From Fistulifera solaris (Eukaryota), in the NCBI GenBank assembly GCA_030295235.1, contig AP026128.1, positions 186,001 to 250,000 on the forward strand: a DNA stretch of 64,000 bases, read 5' to 3'. Positions 23,456 through 35,327 of the stretch are shown piece after piece. A program made the translations under genes and the position numbers. Every line of letters begins with the position of its first letter. Position 1 is the first letter of the stretch. The notes under the pieces were generated by a model, which worked only from the letters and a program-made list of their open reading frames with translations, had not been told where the DNA came from and did not search any database.

Positions 23456-24245
23456 TCATGCTACAGGTGCCGAAAACATTTCCTTTTCGAACAAACAAAT
23501 GTTAAGGAAGCAGATCATATACTCTCCTTCTGAAAGGCAAGGTTCGGCATCGGGGGGCGTTGGTAGTGCCAGGGACATCATGCGGCGTGACATTTCTTGT
23601 TTGCACCTTGTGGCTTCGTCATAGTCTTGGAAGTAAGCATGGATATGACCCAGATTATTAATGATGCTCAAAAATGGAAGAAGGAAAATGCTAGTAGAGT
23701 CCCTCAAAGACAGAAATGTGTTGTACGCCATAAGGTACATTCCGTGTGCCTTCGCCACTTTCCCTCGAATGTCCTTGCATCAAACCTTCGATATTGTAGG
23801 CCAGTCCCAAGTTGTAAACGAGTATGCCGGTTATTAGGAGGTTCCTTTTGCGTTTTTCCAGCTGTGCATTCTCGTTCCAGTACAGAGCGCGATTAAACAG
23901 GCTGAAAACGCCATCCGGAGACGCCGCGCTTCTGTGTTCAGGCACCTCGATGCTTGCAACGAGCCTCCTCCCAGACAAAGACTGTTCGTATTCTTGAGTA
24001 ACCTCCATGACGTTTTCATCATTATCGAGATCAAGTCTCAAGACCTTGATAGCATGGTGGAAGAAATTAATCGCCTCTTGGGTGTCATTTTGCTGAAGAA
24101 ACCGGATGCCCTCGCAGTTGAAATACCACACGTTCTTCAAGCTTGCGTCGCTGTTCAGCCTCGCATCCGCCAGGGGATCCGCCATGCTGGTCGTCCCCGA
24201 CGCCATCTCGGGCAAACAAGCAATCTGATCTCTCACAGATTGCAT
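23456..24245 (-). CDS. TPR-like paralog of 22488-23252 in convergent orientation; frameshift near 23760
   Basis: FNCEGI...QEAINFFHHAI, FSLFNRAL, VYNLGLAYN, INNLGHIHAYF and C-terminal FSAPVA. Confidence 0.75.
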
Positions 24246-24974
24246 GGTTGCACACAAGTAGTTGTGATCCAAAGATTTGGAAGATCTTCTCGAAATCGAT
24301 CCTGTGTTCGTATTTTTGCGCTCCTCGTTCGTCGTGCCGGATGGTCGAAAAATCGAGACCAGCTGTTCGGAGATAAATACACTCTTGCAAAAAGTAGAAT
24401 CGATAACACGATTCTTACTTGTATCTTTTGGGGCTTCTGCTTGATTATTGACAACGAATACCGTATTGAACGTTGTACTGAATTTCACAAGGCCGGCTGA
24501 CTCTTTGTAATAAGTGAAAGATTGCAGTTGCATCCTACAAAAATGATGACCCGCTCCGTTTCGAAACAGTCAACCAATCACAGATGGCGGCCAGCTGGAC
24601 TGTTTTCAGGTCACGGATCCGAGATCACCTGAGTACATTCTATTGTATACTATCACCACGCAAGTCGATCATGGACTCGAATACGTCCGAAGATGAATTT
24701 GAACGTCATTACTCCGTTGTTCCTCCTTCAAGCTGTGTCAAGTATTTAGTACGCAATCTGTCCAGAAAGTGGACGTGATAAACATTACGGAGTAACAAAG
24801 TATCTCGGTGGGACATGACGTCATTTCGAACGAAAAAGGTCAACACGGTCTGTCCGGCTACGGTGGCGGAGTTTTTCTCACGCAGAAAACCATAAAAAAT
24901 TTTGTGCTGAACGCATCCTGTTATTATACCAAGCTCATTCAGCTATAATTTTCGTTTCACTTAACAGCATTCTA

Positions 24975-25847
24975 ATGACAGAGAGAAGAAAGAGAAAACG
25001 AAAGGAAGTCGATAGTACAGTCGATGATGAAGAGGATGCTGGGCTTCTCGCTGCTGCCGCAGCTTGGGCCGACCATGAGGACCCAACCACGCCGAATCGA
25101 TCTTCCACTCGACCCAAAAAATTAAGCCTGCACATTACTCAGATTCCCTATGAGTGCTCGGAATTAGATATACGCTCTCACTTCGCCGCAAAGGTTGTGC
25201 AGTTCGTTTCGTACGAATGGTATACGATGAAACAGGAGGAAAGGGCAAACAATTCCGCGGTGTGGCCTTTTGCGATGTCGCCGATGAGCAGTCGTACGAG
25301 CTGGCGCTAAAGGAAATACATCGCAGTCGACTTTTGGGAAGGAAAATCAATGTTCGCCCTACCAGAACACGCGAAGAACTATCTAATATTGTCGAGCGAA
25401 CCAAAGAGATTGTGACGGAGCGAAAAAGTTGGCTCTTGCCGCCATGAATTCCGGGGAGAAAATGCCCGAGGAGTTAACGGCGAGTTCCAGCAAGAAACGA
25501 AAGAAGAGCGACAAAAAGTCTACAAAAAGTGACGGCAAGAGTACCCCGTCCAAGAACGGTGGTGAAAAGAAAGCGCCCTTCACGAAACCTGATGACAACA
25601 AAGATGATGGAGAGGGAAATCCTTCAGGAAAAGGCGTCGAAAAGAATATTTTGAAGCTGAAGAGTGAGAAGACGATGTCCTTATCGAAAAGTGGAGGCAG
25701 TAAAGGGAAATCGAAACACAATGATACAGACAAGGCGTCACTGAAAAGAGGAGAGAAAGTAAAGAAGGAAAGGAGAAACCCAAGTTAACAAAACAGCAAA
25801 GGAATAGACGTGCTGCGATCCTTGCTCAACAAAGAAATAAAAAGTAA
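24975..25847 (+). CDS. Single-RRM, Lys-rich RNA-binding protein (nucleolar type); several frameshifts
   Basis: RNP2-like LHITQIPY and RNP1-like RGVAFCDV, then SRLLGRKINVR. The C-terminal frame KLTKQQRNRRAAILAQQRNKK* ends at 25847. Confidence 0.75.
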
Positions 25848-25915
25848 TTCATAGCGTCTACAAATGCAATGACAAATATACAGGTCTAGATCGTTATGCT
25901 TTGTTAAAAGGACGC

Positions 25916-26635
25916 TCATGCTGTCGAATCCAGTAGAGGTTGCGATAACGCGTCGCTTCGATTCATACGATCATCCGTTGGTGCCACTTCCCGACTCTCT
26001 TCCGACATGAATTCGCAGCATGGATTACTCGTCACATGCCGCGCTTCATCCGTGATGCTATCCACTTCATCGGAAGATGAATCCAAGCCCATACGTTGAA
26101 AAAATATCGCATAACCTACCGCGAGACCTACCACAACACACAGCAGTAACTCTATCGAAAACGTCATGGTCACCAACATGAGTGTATATCCCAACAACGC
26201 TTGTGTTCCGTGCAAGACCGTCACCGAGGAACGCAGCCACAACGCCTTGGCATCCTGACCCTGCAAAGCATGAAGACGGGCCGCCCGCACCACGCGGTGT
26301 CGGAGCTTGGAAAATCCTTCGACCGACACGGCCAGAAAGAAAACACCCATCATGGCAATGTAAAATTTGGTGGACGTGTCGAGCGTCCATTCGGGGAAAA
26401 GTAAATTGAGACAAGGCTGGCGGCCGCGGAGACTGAAGCGAAATCCTGTCCACAACCCGCAATGAGATAAGCACTAAGGGTTAGTTTCAAATATACTACA
26501 GCAATTTTAGGGCCATTGCTGTTTCTTACCATCCATATACATAATCATATTGCCCATGCTACTTTGACAGAATGGAACCGAAGTCGAATTCGAGCCCCCG
26601 GCTGTCAGCATTTCCCAGTCGTTTGCAACGTCCAT
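25916..26635 (-). CDS. Ctr family copper transporter; intron at 26446-26529
   Basis: Exon 1 has Met-rich SMGNMIMYMDG. Exon 2 has LLFPEW, GYTLMLVTMTF (MxxxM) and GLAVGYAIF (GxxxG). Confidence 0.9.
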
Positions 26636-27377
26636 GGCTACAAAGATAACGGTTTTCGAGCTTTAAAAGCGGAATATGTGATTAAGAAAAATAGAAGAGG
26701 TTGCATACGAACGCTTTGAATTTTATGAAGGAGTGGCACGATTCCAAGCAATCGATCCTTCCCTACGGAGATTTTGTACTACAGCCTACGTGTCGGCCCG
26801 AGCAGCAAAACTTTTTGCAGATGTTCGCAACCTGTGCAGTTTTTCGAGTCTTGACCGAATCAACCCCAGTCCCGGGTGGTGTCGGGACGGACGACCATAG
26901 CTATAAGAAAACATAATGTGGAAACCTATCTTTACCTTTGGTGATGAAAAGCACCACCAAAGTATTGGGTGGTCGGATCATTACTACAGGACGACGCTTT
27001 GGCATCGAGAAAGCCTTTGACACGGAAAGATGATTGCTATGTTCCTCTGATTCATCATCTTAGATCGGCACCACCAAGAAGCAATAGTTAGCGACGTGTT
27101 TGAGTCATACTAGCATCCTGAATTAGACGTGTTTTCCTACTGTTTCACCTTTCGCAACTTCCAACTGAGCCTAAGACTTTTCAACGCGTTTAACTCTGAT
27201 GTACCTACATGTTTTTCCTCCCCTAAAAGTAGAAGGAGGATCTACAGGAATAGTCTATTTCTGTCATTTAAAGAAATTGTGAATTAAATTAAATTATTCG
27301 TCTACATTGTGTTTTTGATATTCAAGTGAGAAATAAAATGAGATTGATCTAAGAAAAAAAGTTGTTTGTTTGAAATG

Positions 27378-27959
27378 CTACTTACCGTCATCTTCGTCGT
27401 CTTCGTCGTCATCTTCTCCAAATTTGAGAGACTTCACTGAGAACGTATCCCATCCGCCGCCCTGAGTACCCTTCGTAGGTTCAAACAAAGGTTTCAATTT
27501 GATTTCCTCTTCTTCCTCCTCGTCTTCCTCGGCGTCTCCGCTCTCTTCATCTCCACCACCTTCACTCGACTGCTCTTCTTCTCCCTCCTCTCCAGATTCT
27601 TCCTCTTCGTTGGCTTCCTCTTCCGCACTCTCCTCCTCTTCTTCTTCTTCTTCTTCATCGGCATCTTCCTCCTTCGCTGCCGATGAGCCACCGTGTTGCT
27701 TTTGGTAGGCCTCCAAACGCGCCATTCGTGCATTGTGAACCATCGTGAGATCCGCCTCGGGATCCGGACCCAATCCTTTCTCCAGTAGCCACTCGGGGTC
27801 CAATGCGGGCCAGATCACCCAGGTAAAGCCCACCAAGACGGGGAAGGCCCACGTGACCGCCGCACGTGCCCCGGCGCCCACTTTGGGGATCTGCGTCGAC
27901 ATGGATCGACTGGCGACGCGCGGAATTTGCGCCGTTACAGCTCGTCTCACTCCGAACAT
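27378..27959 (-). CDS. Probable mitochondrial single-TM protein with a very acidic C-terminal region; 3' end may continue after a GTAAG intron
   Basis: Arg-rich, acid-free presequence MFGVRRAVTAQIPRVASRSMS, TM segment AVTWAFPVLVGFTWVIWPAL and a poly-E/D tract. Confidence 0.7.
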   Translation of the reverse strand: MFGVRRAVTAQIPRVASRSMSTQIPKVGAGARAAVTWAFPVLVGFTWVIWPALDPEWLLEKGLGPDPEADLTMVHNARMARLEAYQKQHGGSSAAKEEDADEEEEEEEEESAEEEANEEEESGEEGEEEQSSEGGGDEESGDAEEDEEEEEEIKLKPLFEPTKGTQGGGWDTFSVKSLKFGEDDDEDDEDDGK

Positions 27960-29041
27960 TGTATAATTTGTTTTGACTGTATGGTTGTTCGGACAAAAAA
28001 CGTTCAATGATGCACTAATTGAGCGGTCTGTCGAAAGCGAATCATTGTCATCGTCTCGTCGTCGCGTCGCTCAACGACGCGCAAAACGTACAGCGGAACC
28101 GAGAAATGTTTAAGGTTCAGGATATGGGTTCAGATGACGTTCAAGATGACGTAAGCGTTTTTGAAGGACATCTCTTATCTTCCACGTGGAAGTATATTTG
28201 TTAGGAACAGAAAGACGCTGAAACCTGAACGCGATTCTTGACGATCTAACCAAAGCTAAAAACATCGAAATGGGATAATGACTAACTAAAAGGTCATGTT
28301 GTAAGCGACGGGATAGTAATCACTGGTTATAACTCAATCAGGTGTGTACGTATCATAGCCTAACTTTTACCTGGTACGCGGTTGGCTCGACTCCTCATCA
28401 TCCTCACCATATTTCGAAGTATTTAAATCGGTCCACTCGACAAGAATCCTCGCCTTTCGTAAATCCAAACATATTGTTCATTTCTTACGTGCACTCTGCG
28501 GCGCTTCACTCATAAAATATACCAGGTATTTTTCGGATCGGTATCCAAGGTAGCCAAAGCTGACTGAGTTGAGCTGACAGCGGACTGGTACGTTGTCTGC
28601 GGAAAGAAAGGAGCAAAAATGCATGGAGACTCATAAAAAATATTGCGTGTTGCTGCTATACTCCCTCTCTCTAGTCTAGCTTGGTATTTCCTTGTAGTTT
28701 AGCAGTTCGCATTTTCGCATTTGGTTGATAAATTTCGCATGACCTGTGACCTGTGACCTGCGACCCGGTTACCCAGCTACTTACAAAGTACCCCATACCA
28801 GGTAATGTAGTATGAAGTTACAGTTACAATGACTTAATGACTTTCATTTTTCTGCCAACATACAAAAGGCTAAAGTTGAATTTTAAAATTTAAACTGAAA
28901 CTAAGTACAAACTTTATCGATTACGATTGCAAGTACTTGTAGTGGGAGGGAACTTCAAAGCCAGAAAACCTTTATGTATTTCATTCGAGAGAGAACACAG
29001 AACACAGAACGGACGAATGACCGAAGACTACACGTATTGAT

Positions 29042-29355
29042 TAGACATGTGGCTTTTTCACTGTAACTTGCAACTTCACTTGAGCACCTGAAGTTTACTT
29101 TACTTTCACTTTACTTGAGACTTCGGTGAGTTCACTTGAAGTACCCAACCTACGTAAATGTACGTAGGACTGCGTAGATTAGGGATGAGAGGGAAAGGGC
29201 TAACTTTCATAAGCTCAGTGCGACACCGTTTCTTACACAAAACACCATAGTAATTCATTACCGCTTAGTTCACTGTTCACTGCAAACTTCACTTGAAGGC
29301 CACTGACTTTACTTTCACTTGACTTTCACGAAAATTTTGAAAAGTCACATGTCTA
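29042..29355. mobile_element. hAT-type MITE (314 bp)
   Basis: TIR TAGACATGTG(G/A)CTTTT. 8-bp TSD GTATTGAT at 29034-29041 and 29356-29363. Many TTCACT/TTTACT subterminal repeats. Confidence 0.88.
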
Positions 29356-29446
29356 GTATTGATCAATCGCCACACCGCCTCGCTTCGCAAACCTGTTGTT
29401 GTTCACAAAACACAAGAGAAAAAAATAGCGAAGGAAAAAGAGCACC

Positions 29447-30553
29447 ATGCTTGTTACTCGAGGAACACCGATCAATTCAGATAAACCAGCATCGTTGACG
29501 AAATCAAGCAATGAGTCCCTAAGATCACTTTTGAGCAAGACCTGGCAAGGCGTTTCGAAACGTGGCCAAGCCGCTCGAGATCAGGCGTCCACCACATCTA
29601 CGGTCCAAGAGAATGAGGGCAGCTTAGAAGGCAAGGAGGAACAGGAACAATCGCTATTGTTTGAACAGTTGCATCACTCGCTCAGTCGCGTTTCGTCTTC
29701 ACGAAGTTTTTCGGTTTATGATGAAAACAGTGACGATTTGCACGACGATCAAAAAGCGTGCGCTGGGGACGCACTTAGCAAGCGATGCAAAAAGAAGGAG
29801 GAAGACGCCAATGGAGAGGATAAGCTTCGAAGGCGCAGCACCATGAAAAGACAAGAAAGCCAGCGCGTCGTACGGCGAAGGAATTCAATTACTGTCATGT
29901 CCACAGAGACTTTCAAATATGAATCTGAAAAGGACGCTTTTCGTCACGATCTCGATGCAAGTTCACAACACAGCTTGACTAATGCGGCTCGGAGTGATCG
30001 ACGTCGAACAACAAGACCTCGTAGGCATTCATTGGGATACGGAACGCCTTCGCCACAGTTGTCAACTGAACCTTCCGAATTCAAGGATATGATGCAAAAA
30101 CGCTTGGACCGCATCGAACAACAAAAGAACAATTCGGATCTTTCCTTCAACTGCAGCCAACCCAATCTGTACGGGTATGAAGGCGAAGGATGGCACGATT
30201 CGAGCTCGAATTTGAACTTGGACTCGCACGGAAAGCGTCGATGCGGTCGTCGGGCCCGTCGGCATTCGATCGGGAGTGTTTCTACATATGAAGGGAGTGC
30301 GCTGCAGAGTAAAGGGACCACAAACGTCGATCCTGATTATGGCTATGAGGATCCGGATGCTTTGCCAGCAGACTATGACGATTTCGCACCAACGGGGCGC
30401 CAGGTGCGGCATGCGCCAAGACGAGTGAGACGATTGTCGATAGGGCACTCCGTCGAGAAGAATGTGGAAGACGACCAATTTTTGGACTCAGCTGTTGATC
30501 AACAGAGAGTAGCGGCGCCGAGAAGAGAAAGAAGACGTTCAATGCACTTTTAA
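29447..30553 (+). CDS. Intrinsically disordered Ser/Arg-rich protein with repeated RRxS motifs
   Basis: 368-aa ORF containing RRRST, RRRNSI, RRHSLG, RRHSIG, RRLSIG and RRRSM. Confidence 0.7.
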   Translation: MLVTRGTPINSDKPASLTKSSNESLRSLLSKTWQGVSKRGQAARDQASTTSTVQENEGSLEGKEEQEQSLLFEQLHHSLSRVSSSRSFSVYDENSDDLHDDQKACAGDALSKRCKKKEEDANGEDKLRRRSTMKRQESQRVVRRRNSITVMSTETFKYESEKDAFRHDLDASSQHSLTNAARSDRRRTTRPRRHSLGYGTPSPQLSTEPSEFKDMMQKRLDRIEQQKNNSDLSFNCSQPNLYGYEGEGWHDSSSNLNLDSHGKRRCGRRARRHSIGSVSTYEGSALQSKGTTNVDPDYGYEDPDALPADYDDFAPTGRQVRHAPRRVRRLSIGHSVEKNVEDDQFLDSAVDQQRVAAPRRERRRSMHF

Positions 30554-31106
30554 CTCTATAGTAGCCAACGTTATGATCGGATATTGGAACAAACTCAAAC
30601 TGTGACGGACTGTGAATCTTTGTGACGCCCTGACCTAAAATATATACACACCCACTCAAAGTCACTACTCGTAGTCTAGCTATTAACCATCACGCGATCA
30701 GAGTTGGTTGACAAGGTACTGTGTTAAAAAATACAGCAAATTTAGGTTATCGGTTCCCTTGGCTTCTTCGTAGATAATAGAGTCTTGGATCTATTCGTGA
30801 CAGGAATTCTTTCTGTCGTTCCGCCGCAAAATCACGATTTAGATAGTGGCCTTATCACTTTTCTGTGTACATGAAAAACTATAGTGCGTTTTTTGTGTAG
30901 CATACAGAGTAAGTCGATCTCGTCGTTCCTTCGGACGAGTTCGTGATGATGATGCCATTATTGCAGTGCAACCTATTGGGTTGACTATTCATTCGAATGA
31001 TTTGCACAGCAATCAATATAGTGCTAAAGTAATAAGCTAATCTCGCCAGCTCTTGCGACAGAATTTGCCATGGATCCGGAAGAAGTGAACGAAATCACAA
31101 ACTCGA

Positions 31107-32228
31107 ATGATGAATCTTCGGATCTACCGGCCAACATGTGTCAAAGATCGCATCATGGCTTTCGCCATCCCCGCCAATCCAATGAATCGACTTCGTGAGA
31201 AAGGAGAACTTCTCTCATGGAGTGCACACGCACGTGAAATCAACCTTCGTTCGATATTGGTTCGAACAGTTTCGTGGAGGCGATCGAAAAAGCCCGAAGA
31301 CGAAAGCGGCGATGCCCAAAGCGACGATGATTCTGTAGGAGCGAACGACAATGCAACGCAACAGGCTACAGTCGATCACACTCTATCCTTAGGTGAATTT
31401 TCACTTTTGAAAATGGCTAAGAATTCCTTTCATAACTCTTTGTCAGACGAGAGTTTTGAGGGTGAAGATAGTCTTACTTTCGGTTGGTCCTTTGACGACC
31501 TTTCGAACGAGGAAAGTGATCACAAACCGAAGCTCAAAAATGCCGGCTGCTCGAACGAGGATGATAGCGATGACGACAAAGATAATGTGATACATCAACC
31601 CCCTCTTCGAGCCACTCGACATCTCGAACGACAGACCAGCAGGAGACGAAGAAAACAAAGCAAAGGTCAGAACTACAGCTTGGCGTCGGCGCTGGATCTG
31701 TACGCATCTTTTGACAGCTTGGATTCGGCGTCCTCTCACGAAGAAATTTTGAATAATACGAGTGATTCACTGGAGCTGGGGTCGTCTCGTCATAGTGTTG
31801 GACGATGTGCACGACGCCGTAGCACGCACAATCGTCATCTACATCAATTGCCTCGACACAGGCAGCAATCCTTGTCGACGTCCTCCGATCCCTCGGCCGA
31901 CTACCCTCGTAAATCTGTGTTGCAGAAGCGAATCGACAACAATCTCAAAGCTCAGTCGCAGCATTCGGTGTCGACGACTCGCGTAAACCCAAGATATGTT
32001 GTGGTGACATCGGATTCATCCGGATCAGGTACACTTAAGTGCGAGTCCGGCTTATCGCGCGAAGCACGATCAAAGGAGCAGCTAATGGCAGCCAAGACAT
32101 CCAAGCACCCTCGTTTCATCGTCGTGGAATCGGGACCCAAGGATGAATTTGACAAGGGGGATAAGCAATACAGTCGGCGTGGCCGACGAAGAAGATCTCT
32201 CACTGGAGAGAAGTCTCATAGCGTTTAG
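31107..32228 (+). CDS. Disordered Ser/Arg/Asp-rich protein, paralog of 33039-34139
   Basis: 373-aa ORF sharing SWR..KKP, SSRHSVGR..RRR.THNRHLH, NPRY.VV, HPRFIV and SRRGRRRR with the neighbouring gene. Confidence 0.72.
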   Translation: MMNLRIYRPTCVKDRIMAFAIPANPMNRLREKGELLSWSAHAREINLRSILVRTVSWRRSKKPEDESGDAQSDDDSVGANDNATQQATVDHTLSLGEFSLLKMAKNSFHNSLSDESFEGEDSLTFGWSFDDLSNEESDHKPKLKNAGCSNEDDSDDDKDNVIHQPPLRATRHLERQTSRRRRKQSKGQNYSLASALDLYASFDSLDSASSHEEILNNTSDSLELGSSRHSVGRCARRRSTHNRHLHQLPRHRQQSLSTSSDPSADYPRKSVLQKRIDNNLKAQSQHSVSTTRVNPRYVVVTSDSSGSGTLKCESGLSREARSKEQLMAAKTSKHPRFIVVESGPKDEFDKGDKQYSRRGRRRRSLTGEKSHSV

Positions 32229-33038
32229 CTTATAGAAGGGCCGTTCATGATCTAGGATTTGTTGCTGTGAGGGAGGATTACAAGCCTGGGTGACCGCAGG
32301 TTCTACTCACCGTCGGTTCCGTCATTTCGGTCACAAAAGATGGTCTAGACAGAGGTAGAGATGACTCGTGTATTTCGTAGTAAGAAAAGACAAACTTTGA
32401 CACTTCTGTTTAGCGTCATACAAACACTTTTCGTTCGCGAAAGGAGTCGTGATTTCATAGAATAGTCTATCATTTTGGCTCGCAACTCGCAACTTTTCAC
32501 AACATGAACAGTCCACGGATATCGGCAGAAAGTGCCAAGATCTACGATAAATTATGACTGTTGATAGAATTTTCCAATAAAGTAAGGATTTGAGTTGTTG
32601 TTGCATAAGCAAAAAACCATCTACCGTAGCTCTAGGCTCTCTAGGCTCTAGGGTCTAGAGGGGGTCTATCTGGCTAAAATCACGATCAGGGATCCAATGC
32701 GTAACGTTAATCAATCTCGGAGTTATGCGGAAATACTGTGAGTATCACGGACCAATGAAACAAAGCAACTGGGAATTGATACGTTTTTAATATTGAAATA
32801 CGGACATTATCTTCTATGACCACGGGGTCATTTCGCGCAAAAAACTATTGCCCGTTACGTGGGAGAGAATGCGATCGGATCAGCGAATACAAAGAAGAAG
32901 AAGCGCCTACACGAATACGAAGCGTTCATACGACCTCGCGGAACAAAATTATTTGTCGAACTGAATTTTGTGATCATCTCAAACACAAAAAAAAAAAACG
33001 ACACAAGCTTTCTCTTGCAGATAAGTAAGTCATCAAAC

Positions 33039-34139
33039 ATGATGAAGAAAAGCCATACAACACTAGCTTTCGGTCTGACGGCGAAGCAAACTATTGACAA
33101 GGATGTGTGCCCTTCCAGCACCAGCGAGAAAAATCTTCGTGCCATGTTGATGAAGACAATGTCGTGGAGAGGATTCAAAAAGCCCGATCGTAGTTGCAGC
33201 TATACTACCAAAACGAGCGAGCATTCGGACGTTACGAGAAAAGACTTATCGATAACCGAAAGAGAGCTTTCAACGAGCAGTCAGCTAAGCATGCAACGAA
33301 ACGCCGTCTTCTCCATCAAGAAAAGCGATTCTTACCACAGTTTCCTATCGGAGGAGAGTTATGCCTTAGAAGATGAGAAGGGACTTGAATGGGGAGACGA
33401 AGATCCTTCAAGTGACGAAGATAACGATGACGACGATGACGATCATAGTATTACGTACCATTCCAAGCTAAACGACGATGGAGATGACAACGACGGTGTC
33501 ACCAATGATTCACTCAATCAATCTGGGAACTGCTCTCGCTCAAATCGGCATTTAGATCGATGTGAGGGTAGAAGGAGAAGAAGATTGAGCACAGGTCGGA
33601 GTCATGGCTCGAGTTCCGCTCTTTCTTTGGGTAGCTCTATTTGCACTTACGACGAGTCCCTCGACAACATCAGCGATTCCATTGAGATTGGATCATCGTC
33701 ACGCCACAGTGTTGGAAGAAGTGGTAGACGTCGTACTACACACAATCGCCATCTTCATCATCAAACTAAAAGACCAGTCAATGTCTCGACGGCATCCGAT
33801 CCCTTATCTCAGTATTCGTGCACTTCGGTCTTGCACAAACGTCTCGAAATCAATCTCAAGACACACTCCCATCATTCCGTATCGTCTGCCCGAGAGAACC
33901 CACGATACATTGTGGTGAAAGCCGATCCAGAAGATGGCGTCAATACGAACAATCAAGATCATGCTCTGTCGACACGAAAGAGTGACGTGCCAGCCACGCC
34001 CAACGTGGAACATCCCCGCTTTATCGTGATCCAATCGAAGGACAAAGACGAAGAAGATGACAAAGATGACAAGCACCACTCACGACGTGGTCGACGCCGA
34101 AGAGGACAAAGCGTCGAGAAAAGCACGCAAAGTGTCTAA
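33039..34139 (+). CDS. Disordered Ser/Arg/Asp-rich protein, paralog of 31107-32228
   Basis: Same motif series in the same order. Likely start is MMKKSH at 33039. Confidence 0.72.
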   Translation: MMKKSHTTLAFGLTAKQTIDKDVCPSSTSEKNLRAMLMKTMSWRGFKKPDRSCSYTTKTSEHSDVTRKDLSITERELSTSSQLSMQRNAVFSIKKSDSYHSFLSEESYALEDEKGLEWGDEDPSSDEDNDDDDDDHSITYHSKLNDDGDDNDGVTNDSLNQSGNCSRSNRHLDRCEGRRRRRLSTGRSHGSSSALSLGSSICTYDESLDNISDSIEIGSSSRHSVGRSGRRRTTHNRHLHHQTKRPVNVSTASDPLSQYSCTSVLHKRLEINLKTHSHHSVSSARENPRYIVVKADPEDGVNTNNQDHALSTRKSDVPATPNVEHPRFIVIQSKDKDEEDDKDDKHHSRRGRRRRGQSVEKSTQSV

Positions 34140-34203
34140 TCCAACGTTTCTTTCTTCTTTTGAAGGTCTAACTTCCTAGCATTATGTTTAAACGCACCAA
34201 GCT

Positions 34204-34944
34204 CTATTCTGTTTTCTTTCGTGATTCCAGCGCAGTGATCGTTTCCTTCCAAGCACGACGAATGCGCAACAAAGGCACGACGCGCCAGATCAAATTGCAA
34301 AACCAAAAGCCGAACCAGTAATACACCAGATGATCGAAATCCAGAAACTTGACATTGGCCCATGCATTCCCCGGAATACCGACCGGATCACGCGCGGGTA
34401 CGTTGACTTGTTCGTCCAAAATGACTTCCGTTAACACAAAGAGCACCATGCCCATGAAATGAAAGGAACTCGTAATGATTTCAAGCGGATAGCGTTGGGG
34501 ACGATTTTGTAAAATGGCATAACACGATGCCAAACTGAGTGGTGCCATCACGAAAAGTTCGTAGAAGCCCACCGCCCAGACAATGGGATGTCCTTGGGCG
34601 AATCGTCGATCCAAAATGTCGTACTGTTGCACGACCACAGGAATGAGTCGAAAGGTGCCCGACGCTCCGTCCATGGTGGCGTGATACAACCAGGCATTCC
34701 AGAAATACCATTCGGCGGCCCAACGATCGTGTGGGGCAAGTTTCTGTTTCGGATTATAGCCGAGATATACGGTCAAACAAGCCAAAGAGAAGAAACTGAC
34801 GACGTAGGGAGACGCAAAGAAACCCCAAAACAGTTGTGACGCGTCGCGGGTCGTGATGAAAAAGCGGAGCCACAAAATACCCAACACCATGGCCGAGAAT
34901 ATTCGTGTTGGGTCAGGAAGTGTCTCGTAGATTGATTTTGTCAT
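34204..34944 (-). CDS. EXPERA / emopamil-binding protein (EBP) family membrane protein
   Basis: WYFWNAWLYHATMDG, YDILDRRF, FYELFVMAPLS and YYWFGFWFCNLIW.VVP. Confidence 0.8.
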   Translation of the reverse strand: MTKSIYETLPDPTRIFSAMVLGILWLRFFITTRDASQLFWGFFASPYVVSFFSLACLTVYLGYNPKQKLAPHDRWAAEWYFWNAWLYHATMDGASGTFRLIPVVVQQYDILDRRFAQGHPIVWAVGFYELFVMAPLSLASCYAILQNRPQRYPLEIITSSFHFMGMVLFVLTEVILDEQVNVPARDPVGIPGNAWANVKFLDFDHLVYYWFGFWFCNLIWRVVPLLRIRRAWKETITALESRKKTE

Positions 34945-35327
34945 GCTAGAAATACTAAGGCGGGTTCAGAAGCTGTGAAATGTTAGAACGCCGTTCATAC
35001 GCAGTTCTCATTGCAAATGAATGAAGAGCAATGCGACTTATCGTCGCGATGAGCGGCGCCATAATAAGTGCGCGCGGTGAACTGTTCATAGCCTAGTACA
35101 ATCAGTACCTCATGCTTGTTTTCTACATAGTTTTCTAAGTACCGCGTGTGACAATGTCGCTGAGGTTGGTGATCTTGCTAGCATTAGTGGCAAGAAGGAC
35201 TTGATCCGAAGGCTAGACGCTAAGTAGCTTCGTCCTACTTCCTCCTCTACTTTTGAGGATAGCCGATCTTAAACTATGCAATTGTAGTTGAATAAACAAA
35301 ATCACTATCAAGAAACAAAATTGACTA

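Noticed and set aside
28360..28810. TACCAGGTA/TACCTGGTA motifs and the TGACCTG triplet as another transposon
   Set aside because: No TIR pair with a target duplication could be defined.
32625..32660. CTCTAG-rich short repeats (also near 6598 and 18557) and the GTAC-rich tract at 22065-22150
   Set aside because: These are short low-complexity intergenic repeats with no definable boundaries.
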